Position numbers and translations under genes: made by a program. From positions 32,001-96,000 of the IMG/VR virus record IMGVR_UViG_3300011724_000025: a stretch of DNA of 64,000 nt, one strand, 5' to 3'. Below the pieces are notes generated by a model. That model saw only the letters and a program-made list of their open reading frames with translations, searched no databases and was not told where the DNA came from. Source of the DNA: a virus (lineage: Duplodnaviria; Caudoviricetes). Shown piece after piece: positions 56,170-64,000 of this stretch. How positions within the stretch are numbered: the first letter of the stretch is position 1; every line of letters begins with the position of its first letter.

Positions 56170-57910
56170 AAAGACAGAGCAAGAAGTAGCTAATGATAAG
56201 GCTGCAAAAATAATGAATGGAGTTGCTACTTGGTGCAGCTTTTACCGAGCCAATCCTCATCGTTTCGCAAAAGATTATCTGAATACAACGCTTAAGTTAT
56301 TTCAGGTAGTGTTATTGTATATGATGAACGTGAATAATTATTTCATGTACCTTGCTGCCAGAGGGCAGGGGAAAACATGGTTGACCGCTCTTTTTTGTAC
56401 AATTCGCTGTATTCTATATCCAGGAACAAAAATATGTGTAGCTTCAAAAAATAGAAACCAAGCAAATGAAGTCTTGGAAAAAATCACGACTGACTTCATG
56501 GATAAATCAGATAATCTTAAACTAGAAATTGAAGATTATTCTGTAGGGCAAAACAAAGCATACGTACTATTTAAAAATGGTTCTTGGATAAAAGTTGTTA
56601 CCGCATCGGACTCAGGAAGATCAGCCAGAGCAAATATTCTTATAACTGATGAATTTAGAATGGTTGATTTAAATGTAATAAATACAGTTCTGAGAAAATT
56701 TCTAACAGCGCCCAGAACACCTAAGTATTTAAGTAAAAAGGAATTTAAGCATCTTGTAGAACGAAATAAAGAAATTTATATGTCAAGTTGTTGGTTTAAG
56801 AGCCATTGGTCTTTTGAAAAAGCAAAGGCATATTGTGCTAATTTAGTCAACGATACAAAGAAATATTTTATTTGTGGTTTGCCTTATCAAATATCTATTA
56901 AAGAAAATCTATTGTCAAGTGAACAGGTTGCAGACGAAATGTCCGAAGCTGATTTTTCTGAAATGGCTTGGGATATGGAAATGGGATGTTTGTGGTATGG
57001 CGATAAGGATGGAAGTTTATTTTCATATGAAGATACCTCTAAAAATAGATTATTAAAAAAATGTGTGTATCCCACTAGTATAGCTAGTTTGCTTTCTGAA
57101 AAATATGCAAAGATACCAGACCTTAAACCACAGGAACAGAGAATTATTTCAACGGACGTCGCTCTACTTGCGTCTAAAAAACAAAATAATGACGCAGCTT
57201 CTATTTTTATAAACAGTGCAATACCAACACAAAACCAAAAATATATAGGTAACATGATTTACACTGAAAATCATGAGGGATTGAACACAGACGAATTGGC
57301 ATTAATCATACGTAGATATTTTGAAATGTATAAGTGTACATATATCGCTCTTGACGTAAAGGGAATAGGGCTTGGTGTTTATGACTGTCTAATCAAAGAT
57401 ATGTATGACCCTACAACCGGACAGACATATGGCGCTTTGAGTTGTTGTAACGATAAGGTGTACGCAGATAGATGCAAAGTACCAAACGCCCCTAAAGTAA
57501 TCTGGGCAATACAAGCAACTGCACAATTCAATAACGATATGTATCTATCATTGCGTGAAGGATTTAAGCAACACAAAATAAATTTACTAATACACGAATT
57601 CGAAGCAGAAGAAACATTAAAAAGTATAAGAGGATATAATTCTTTAAATATGAGTGATAAAACGCTTTTACAACTTCCGCATATTCATACTACTTTATTA
57701 ATTAATGAATTAATTAATCTGGAGTACGAGGCAAGGGGAGTTAATATTAAAGTGTATGAGAAATCCGGCATGAGAAAGGATCGCGTGTCAAGCATAGGGT
57801 ATAACTATTGGGTTCAGTGCCAGTTAGAAAATAAACTGAAAAAACCAAAAGAAAAATCTTCCACTCCCGCCTCTCTCCCGTTCCGTGCTCCACAATTATA
57901 TTCCAATTAA
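56153..57910 (+). CDS. terL: Terminase large subunit
   Basis: ARGQGKT Walker A, LITDE Walker B, STDVA nuclease motif and RKDRVSS. Confidence 0.9.
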   Translation: MIQTNKKTEQEVANDKAAKIMNGVATWCSFYRANPHRFAKDYLNTTLKLFQVVLLYMMNVNNYFMYLAARGQGKTWLTALFCTIRCILYPGTKICVASKNRNQANEVLEKITTDFMDKSDNLKLEIEDYSVGQNKAYVLFKNGSWIKVVTASDSGRSARANILITDEFRMVDLNVINTVLRKFLTAPRTPKYLSKKEFKHLVERNKEIYMSSCWFKSHWSFEKAKAYCANLVNDTKKYFICGLPYQISIKENLLSSEQVADEMSEADFSEMAWDMEMGCLWYGDKDGSLFSYEDTSKNRLLKKCVYPTSIASLLSEKYAKIPDLKPQEQRIISTDVALLASKKQNNDAASIFINSAIPTQNQKYIGNMIYTENHEGLNTDELALIIRRYFEMYKCTYIALDVKGIGLGVYDCLIKDMYDPTTGQTYGALSCCNDKVYADRCKVPNAPKVIWAIQATAQFNNDMYLSLREGFKQHKINLLIHEFEAEETLKSIRGYNSLNMSDKTLLQLPHIHTTLLINELINLEYEARGVNIKVYEKSGMRKDRVSSIGYNYWVQCQLENKLKKPKEKSSTPASLPFRAPQLYSN

Positions 57911-57940
57911 TAAAATATCGAGAAAGGAGGAAATCACAAA

Positions 57941-59464
57941 ATGTCAAAAACAGAAATTACAGAAACAAACTCAAAAATAACTGAAACAACCAAGCAAGAA
58001 ATATCAGAAAAACAGAGATTGCAATTTGACTCAGCTCTGAAATACATGAAAACCGCGAAACTCATACTTCGAGATTTGGAAAATGAGCAACAGTCAAATC
58101 AGTTTTTTAAAAAGTATAAGCGTGAAGATATATTAAGATGGTTAGAAAATCCTTCTCGATATGAATCTAAGTTAATTGAAGTGTGCCGATATTTGGCTGG
58201 TAGTTCTCAACACTTTAGGCGGTTATACGAATACTTTGGGAAGATGTCTATGCTTGCCTATATCGTACTTCCGTATAAGTTGGACGAAGATAATTTTGAC
58301 GCTACCGTTTTTAAAAAACAGTATAAAAAAATTATAGACAAACTGGAAGTAATGAACATCAAAAATGAGTTTTCAAAAGTAATTGATGTATTGTTTCGAG
58401 AAGATATCGCTTACTGTTATGAGTATTCTACAAATGACAGCTACTTCATAAAACTCTTACCATATAACTATTGTCAAGTAAATACGATTGTAGATGGAGT
58501 ATTAGGATTTTCATTTAACTTTAGTTTCTTTGATAAATATCCCAAAAAACTGTCAATGTATGGGGAAGAATTCCAAATGAAATACTCCTTATATAAAAGC
58601 AATAGAAAGAAATACACATGGCAAGAACTTAATAGCGACAATTCATTTGCATTAAAGCTATCTGATAATCTTGATTATGTAATTCCTATGTTTGCAAATC
58701 TAATCCCTTTTCTATATGACATTGAAGATATTAAGCAGCTTGATAAGAGTAAGAAAGAAATGGACAACTACAAGCTTTTACTAATGAAACTTGAGTTGAA
58801 CGATGATGGTGATTATAAAATTGACTATCAGGAATATGAAAAATTTTATAATATGATCAGTTCTGTGCTCCCCAAAAACATTGGAATCGGTATGTCTATT
58901 GCGGATATTAAAGATTACACGTTTGAGCGTAGCGGTGCCACTAATGAGATTAGCGCATATAGCCAGGCCCAATCTGACTACTGGTCTTCGGCTGGGGTGT
59001 CTGAGTTATTATTTAATGGTTCAAAGTCATCTTCTGCTACTATTAGTAACTCAATTAAAAACGATAGTGAGTTAGTTTTTTATGTTCACAGAATGATTGA
59101 ACGTGTCATTAATAGGAAACTTAAACAAGAGTCTGGAAAATATAAATTCAAAATTAATATTCTTGATGTCACGCAATTTAATCAAAAAGAGTATTTGGAC
59201 AACCTTTTAAAAGTGTCTACATATGGATACCCTGTCAAACTTTCCATATTGGCCATATTCGGATACACACCATCTGATACATATGGGATGACGATTTTAG
59301 AAGATGTTTTAGACTTGGTTAGTAAGTGGAAGCCTTTACAATCGGCAAACACTATGTCTGGCGACTCTAACGAGGAAGGCGGCGCTCCCTCAAAAGATGA
59401 TAACGAATTATCGGAGGCTGGGATTCAGACTCGTGAAAATGACAATAGAAAAGAAAATGCTTAA
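57941..59464 (+). CDS. Portal protein
   Basis: 507 aa immediately after TerL; SAGVSELLF motif. Confidence 0.75.
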   Translation: MSKTEITETNSKITETTKQEISEKQRLQFDSALKYMKTAKLILRDLENEQQSNQFFKKYKREDILRWLENPSRYESKLIEVCRYLAGSSQHFRRLYEYFGKMSMLAYIVLPYKLDEDNFDATVFKKQYKKIIDKLEVMNIKNEFSKVIDVLFREDIAYCYEYSTNDSYFIKLLPYNYCQVNTIVDGVLGFSFNFSFFDKYPKKLSMYGEEFQMKYSLYKSNRKKYTWQELNSDNSFALKLSDNLDYVIPMFANLIPFLYDIEDIKQLDKSKKEMDNYKLLLMKLELNDDGDYKIDYQEYEKFYNMISSVLPKNIGIGMSIADIKDYTFERSGATNEISAYSQAQSDYWSSAGVSELLFNGSKSSSATISNSIKNDSELVFYVHRMIERVINRKLKQESGKYKFKINILDVTQFNQKEYLDNLLKVSTYGYPVKLSILAIFGYTPSDTYGMTILEDVLDLVSKWKPLQSANTMSGDSNEEGGAPSKDDNELSEAGIQTRENDNRKENA

Positions 59465-59482
59465 AGGATATAGATTATTTAT

Positions 59483-59674
59483 ATGAATAATACAATATTG
59501 GTGTTTGACCAAGAGAAATCCATGTTTCTCTCTTCTCTTGGTTTCAAATATATTTTTGATAGTATGAACGGCAAGAAAGTTCATGCTTTTTTATTTTCAG
59601 AGGAACTTTTAAAATACGTGAATACGCATTTTACTAATAATGATTTCTTTCTGAATAAAGGTTTAAAATTTTAA
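59483..59674 (+). CDS. Hypothetical protein
   Basis: 63-aa ORF between portal and protease. Confidence 0.55.
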   Translation: MNNTILVFDQEKSMFLSSLGFKYIFDSMNGKKVHAFLFSEELLKYVNTHFTNNDFFLNKGLKF

Positions 59675-59687
59675 GGAAGGAGGAAAT

Positions 59688-61184
59688 ATGTCAGAAGTAA
59701 ATAGAATCATACCGATTATATTTGAGAAAGTACAAGATTATTCTAATGCAGATACTAGATTTATAAAAGTGAAAATCAAGATGATGCATCTTGGACTTAA
59801 CCTTAATAACAGTATCTTCAATAAGGAAGTGGTCGATGAAGCTATTCCAACTCTTTGCAACACCCCAATACTTGCATATGTGGAAAAGACTAGCGAAGGA
59901 GATGATGACTTTTCTGACCATAGACAGGAATTAAGTATTGAAAATGGTGCAATAAAAGTCACTTATAAATGTATTCCATTTGGGGTTATTGGCGAATCAT
60001 GCAATCCGAGATATGAAAAATATACTGCCGAAGACGGGATCGAACGTACATACTTGGTTGTTGACGGATTAATTTGGAGCAAAATTGAACATGCTGATAT
60101 TTTTACTAGAGATTTTATTAAAGATGCAAGTATGGAACTTACAGAAAATTATTCTGGTAAATTTGATGAGCATAATCATTTTGTATTCACAAAAATTGAG
60201 TTTGATGGAATCTGTGCCTTGGGTAATAACGTGGAACCAGCAATGAAAGGTGCCAACATTGAAGTTAATTTTGCTCTGAGCGAAATACAAACAAAGTTGG
60301 AACAGTTTAATGCTTGTATAAAAGATAAAACAGCTATTACAGATAATTCAATGAAAGGAGATTGTATTATATTGGATAACGAGAAAATCGAAAGTGTCTT
60401 AAAAGAATTTAATGTCAAAAGAGAAGACATCAATTTTGAGATAACGGACACAATGACAGAAACTGAATTAAGAGATAATTTAAAAACTTTTAATAATAGT
60501 AATTCTGATGACGAGAATAAAAATGCCCCCAAAATTTATACTGATTTTTCAACATATAATGAAAAACGAGAATTATTAAGAAGTGTATTAAAGCGTGAAG
60601 AAAAGCGAGATGAAAACGGAAGTCTGGAGTATTATTTAGGATTTTGGATCGCTGACTTTGATGACTCTTATGTTTATGTCGAAAAAGAAGAATATAACGG
60701 TGAAGAATGGTCTTATGAGAAGGGACGGTTTGGATACACCCTTTCCAAAAATGTTACCTCTATTACAAGTGAATTTGAGCCAATGATTGTAAAGTGGCTT
60801 ACTGCGGAGGAATATGCTGCCATTGAAAAGATGCGCTCTACCTATGAAAGCTTTGAGGCAAATAAAGGTGAATTTGAACGTTTACAGAAATTTGAAAAGG
60901 ATACTTTAAGTGAACGAAGGGATGCGGATTTAAGTCTATTATTTGAAAAGTTCGACGAGAAGCTTGCAGATTGTGAAGAGTATAAAACGTTAAAAGAATC
61001 CAATACAGATTTTTCTGTAGAAGATATTGAGATGAAGTGCTTTGCTTTAATTGGTAAGATCGCAACCAACTTTTCAACAGAAAAGAAAAGTGATGTTATT
61101 AAATTAGATTTTGAAGTATCCGAGAAAGACCCCGACACTGATGATGGGTACGGCGGAATCTTGGCTTCTAAATACAATAAATAA
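59688..61184 (+). CDS. Prohead protease/scaffold (YonD-like)
   Basis: N-terminal H..N.N.S, SMEL and ALG..VEPAM motifs; acidic coiled-coil C-terminal half. Confidence 0.7.
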   Translation: MSEVNRIIPIIFEKVQDYSNADTRFIKVKIKMMHLGLNLNNSIFNKEVVDEAIPTLCNTPILAYVEKTSEGDDDFSDHRQELSIENGAIKVTYKCIPFGVIGESCNPRYEKYTAEDGIERTYLVVDGLIWSKIEHADIFTRDFIKDASMELTENYSGKFDEHNHFVFTKIEFDGICALGNNVEPAMKGANIEVNFALSEIQTKLEQFNACIKDKTAITDNSMKGDCIILDNEKIESVLKEFNVKREDINFEITDTMTETELRDNLKTFNNSNSDDENKNAPKIYTDFSTYNEKRELLRSVLKREEKRDENGSLEYYLGFWIADFDDSYVYVEKEEYNGEEWSYEKGRFGYTLSKNVTSITSEFEPMIVKWLTAEEYAAIEKMRSTYESFEANKGEFERLQKFEKDTLSERRDADLSLLFEKFDEKLADCEEYKTLKESNTDFSVEDIEMKCFALIGKIATNFSTEKKSDVIKLDFEVSEKDPDTDDGYGGILASKYNK

Positions 61185-61247
61185 AACAATTTGTATGAGC
61201 GCATAAGACGCTCTATTTTTATGTTCAAAAATAAGGAGGAACAAAAC

Positions 61248-61733
61248 ATGGCAAATTATTGTGTCGTTACACGTGAAAAAATGACTAGCGAATGGGATGG
61301 TTCTAAAAGACTCTCTGTAAAGTACCGTCCAAGTGGCGTTGATGCTGCAATCGAAAATGGAAATGTTGTAGTTGTGGGTGATTTGATTGATGGTGAAAGG
61401 GAAGTTTATGCAACTTCTACTCCTGCCGTTGATACGCCTGTAGCGAAATTGGCTCTTATCACAACCCCAGAGGTAATTGCCGATGAAAGAAAGAAAAATA
61501 TCGCAGAATTTAGAAATGAAGCAGGTGAAGTATGCACAGCTGATCTATTATTCTCTCGTGACATCTTCTCTCTTACTGCTGAAGGATTTACTGGTACACC
61601 AGCAAAGGGAAGTATCGTGGAATTACAGGCTGGTACGAAGTTGAAAGTCGTTTCTACCGCCACTTCTGGTTCTACTGTTGTAGGAAAAATCATTGATTAC
61701 GTGAATGGTAAATATGCCGTTCAGGTTGACTAA
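61248..61733 (+). CDS. Head decoration/minor capsid protein (YonC-like)
   Basis: IENGNVV motif; lies between scaffold and major capsid; AAGGAGG RBS. Confidence 0.6.
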   Translation: MANYCVVTREKMTSEWDGSKRLSVKYRPSGVDAAIENGNVVVVGDLIDGEREVYATSTPAVDTPVAKLALITTPEVIADERKKNIAEFRNEAGEVCTADLLFSRDIFSLTAEGFTGTPAKGSIVELQAGTKLKVVSTATSGSTVVGKIIDYVNGKYAVQVD

Positions 61734-61763
61734 TTTTTAAAATATTAAGGAGGAATATACATA

Positions 61764-62765
61764 ATGGCAGATAAATTAAAAGTGTTAAAACTTGCAACCG
61801 ATATGATTAAGGGCAGAGTAGATAGTAACTTTGCAGATGCTTCAAAAAATTCAGAAGCACTTGTTGAACAGTTAATTGAGCTGAATGGTGGTTCTAAAGA
61901 TTTAGATTTTAAGAGATTTCATAGAGGGAACCCAGTTTTCGATATTGTAGAGGAAATTATTCCTGTAATTGTTCACGAGGGACTTACCGGAGATGAATTC
62001 TTCTTTAACCTTGTAGATTATAGAAATATTGCACTGGGTGACGACATTGACTTTTGGACTGAAGACAAAACAGAATTTGTAGTTGCTGATGCGGCCTATG
62101 GCACCAGCGGAATCCGCAGACAGAGACTTGGTGCTATGGAAAAATACAACGTTAAGACGCAGCTTAAAGTTATTAAGGTATATGAAGAATTGAAAAGGCT
62201 CATGGCAGGTAGAGTAGATTTTAATACCTTTATCAGAAAAGCCGGCGAAGCCATGACTAAGGAAGTTAGACAGGACACCTATACTGTATTTAATGGTGTA
62301 ACAACTACTACTCGTGGTCTGAATTCTACGTATGTAAAATCTGGAACTTATTCCGAAGATACTCTGTTAGAACTCGTTGAGCACGTAGAAGCTGCGAATA
62401 ACGCAGTTGCAACAATTATGGGAACTAAATCTGCTCTTAGAAAGGTGACTACCGCTGTCGTATCCGACGAAGCAAAAACAGATCTCTATAATATGGGATT
62501 CTATGGAAAGTTTAATGGTACAAACATGATTTATCTCCCTCAGAGACATCAGACTGGTACTGATACTTTCTTACTCGATAATAGCAAGATCTATGTATTT
62601 GCTGGTGTTGATAAGCCTATAAAGGTAGTGAACGTTGGAGAAGGTATTCTTTCTGTAAATGATCCATTACAGCAGGCTGACTTTACCCAGAATTATCTCT
62701 ATGGACAGGAGTTCGGAGTGGGACTTGTCTTTAATACAAAACAGGGATTTTATTCTTTAGCGTGA
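61764..62765 (+). CDS. Major capsid protein (YonB-like)
   Basis: 333 aa, strong RBS, followed by hairpin 62772-62799; position in the head module. Confidence 0.75.
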   Translation: MADKLKVLKLATDMIKGRVDSNFADASKNSEALVEQLIELNGGSKDLDFKRFHRGNPVFDIVEEIIPVIVHEGLTGDEFFFNLVDYRNIALGDDIDFWTEDKTEFVVADAAYGTSGIRRQRLGAMEKYNVKTQLKVIKVYEELKRLMAGRVDFNTFIRKAGEAMTKEVRQDTYTVFNGVTTTTRGLNSTYVKSGTYSEDTLLELVEHVEAANNAVATIMGTKSALRKVTTAVVSDEAKTDLYNMGFYGKFNGTNMIYLPQRHQTGTDTFLLDNSKIYVFAGVDKPIKVVNVGEGILSVNDPLQQADFTQNYLYGQEFGVGLVFNTKQGFYSLA

Positions 62766-62833
62766 CGTATTGTTAAGGCGGCATTTAAGCCGCCTTAACT
62801 TGAATAAAAGGAAAATAAAAGGAGGATTTTAAA

Positions 62834-63463
62834 ATGGCAAACGGAAGACCAGGAAGACCTAAAAAGGTAGAAGCTGAAAATACTACTAATAATATACCGG
62901 AAAATACAGAAAAAAATGTTGATGACATGGTGAATACCACAACAGGCTTGAAGGTGTCAACAAGGAAGAAATTAAAATTAGATGATAATGTATCTCTCCT
63001 TGTTTCCAGTAATATCTTCGGCGAATTGATTTATATCAACCATAAAACTGGTGATAAATACACTTGGGAAAATATGGGTGACGTACAGAGTTTATATGTC
63101 TCTGACATTAGAGCCATGAAATCAAATCAGCGAAAATTCTTAGAACAGAACTGGATTGTTATTGATGGAATTGCTGATACATCTGACGAGTATGAAGGTA
63201 TTGATGTTACAGATATTTATGAGGCATTACAGATTTCCAACTACTATAAAAACTTCTTATGCCCATCTAATTTAAATGATGTGTTCAATTGGAGTGTTGA
63301 AGATATTAGAAATAAGGTGCCAAAAATGCCAGTCTCTACCAGAGAAACAATTGCAATCAGAGCAAATGAATTGATTAAAGCTGGAATTATAGATTCTATT
63401 GCAAAGGTAAAAGTATTAGAGGAGGTTATTGGTTGTGAATTAGCCTCTGAAGATGACGATTAG
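62834..63463 (+). CDS. Hypothetical structural-module protein (YonA-like)
   Basis: 209 aa after the major capsid gene; GRPGRPKK N-terminus. Confidence 0.65.
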   Translation: MANGRPGRPKKVEAENTTNNIPENTEKNVDDMVNTTTGLKVSTRKKLKLDDNVSLLVSSNIFGELIYINHKTGDKYTWENMGDVQSLYVSDIRAMKSNQRKFLEQNWIVIDGIADTSDEYEGIDVTDIYEALQISNYYKNFLCPSNLNDVFNWSVEDIRNKVPKMPVSTRETIAIRANELIKAGIIDSIAKVKVLEEVIGCELASEDDD

Positions 63464-63474
63464 GGGGTGCAGTT

Positions 63475-63906
63475 ATGACTTCCTATTCAGAAATAATCGA
63501 GGCATTTTTAAATAAAATTACCGATATGGATTTACCTAGATTTGATGATTTAGTACGCGAATCCATAATTATTAATTATATGAAATCGGCGTGCACTAAA
63601 TTTGCAAAGGTCTGCGAAGTAGATTTATATGATAGAAATGATGTTGAGAAATGCTTTAATGGTGTTTTAGATGATGAAATCATTGATATCATTACCGAAA
63701 ATATGCTTGTTGAATGGCTTAAACCAAAGGTGCTATTTACTGATAATCTAGCAAACGTCTTAAATACAAAAGATTTCTCAATGTACAGTCCTGCTAACAT
63801 GTTAAAGGAATTAAGAGAAACTTTGGCTTATCTCAAAAAAAGTGCAAGAGGGTTGATTAATAATTATTCTTTTGCTCATTCGGAGGTAGGTAAAAATGAT
63901 AAATGA
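63475..63906 (+). CDS. Putative head-tail adaptor
   Basis: MTSYSEI..FL.KITD...SPANML pattern; position after the capsid genes. Confidence 0.55.
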   Translation: MTSYSEIIEAFLNKITDMDLPRFDDLVRESIIINYMKSACTKFAKVCEVDLYDRNDVEKCFNGVLDDEIIDIITENMLVEWLKPKVLFTDNLANVLNTKDFSMYSPANMLKELRETLAYLKKSARGLINNYSFAHSEVGKNDK

Positions 63907-64000
63907 TTTTTTAGGTAGTATTATCGGTAACATTTATAAAGTTTTGCCACTTAAGGAAGAAGAAAATTCATATTTGCCCGAATATCTGGATAGCCTATTG
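63896..64000 (+). CDS. Hypothetical protein (partial, runs off the right edge)
   Basis: GGAGG RBS; MINDFLGSIIGNIYKVLPLKE... Confidence 0.55.
   Translation, partial: MINDFLGSIIGNIYKVLPLKEEENSYLPEYLDSLL

Larger units (their letters stand above)
1..64000. mobile_element. Internal segment of a large SPbeta-like temperate phage/prophage
   Basis: Terminase, portal, protease/scaffold and capsid genes plus a YonO-like RNAP, HU and YonK/YonJ-like genes in SPbeta-like order; no host housekeeping operons; both ends lie outside the window. Confidence 0.9.

Noticed and set aside
56075-63800. Minus-strand ORFs across the head module
   Set aside because: Antisense shadows of the terminase, portal, protease and capsid genes

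Overview
The whole window is an internal 64-kb segment of a large SPbeta-like temperate phage or prophage of a low-GC Firmicute. The host is probably Clostridia/Lachnospiraceae, inferred from the amidase type and sigma-A/SD signals. No attL/attR or host flank is visible. Left arm (1-35.6 kb, mostly minus strand): recombination/SSB genes, an ABC-transporter/OmpA/PspA-like operon, a regulatory core (LexA-boxed promoter, tRNA-like element, sigma70-DUF262 fusion, MazF-like gene, XRE regulator, tyrosine recombinase) and a long run of small accessory genes. Centre: a divergent XRE switch, a fused CapRel-like toxin-antitoxin and a candidate origin. Right arm (plus strand): ParB-like genes, a YonO-like single-subunit RNA polymerase, tRNA-Ile(UAU), HU, antirepressors, a second tyrosine recombinase, a densely structured ~500-nt non-coding stretch, an amidase, terminase, portal, protease/scaffold and capsid. 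The most striking unexplained structure is a 16-bp imperfect palindrome, T(A/G/C)AAA-N6-TTT(T/C)A, found about 33 times at gene boundaries in the accessory regions. I did not see it at boundaries in the regulatory core or head genes. It has the geometry of a tyrosine-recombinase core site and suggests an integron-like single-gene cassette system in the phage. There are also three candidate cis-antisense RNAs with CopA/ColE1-RNAI-type kissing loops. All family assignments are from motif recognition by eye; no database searches were run.
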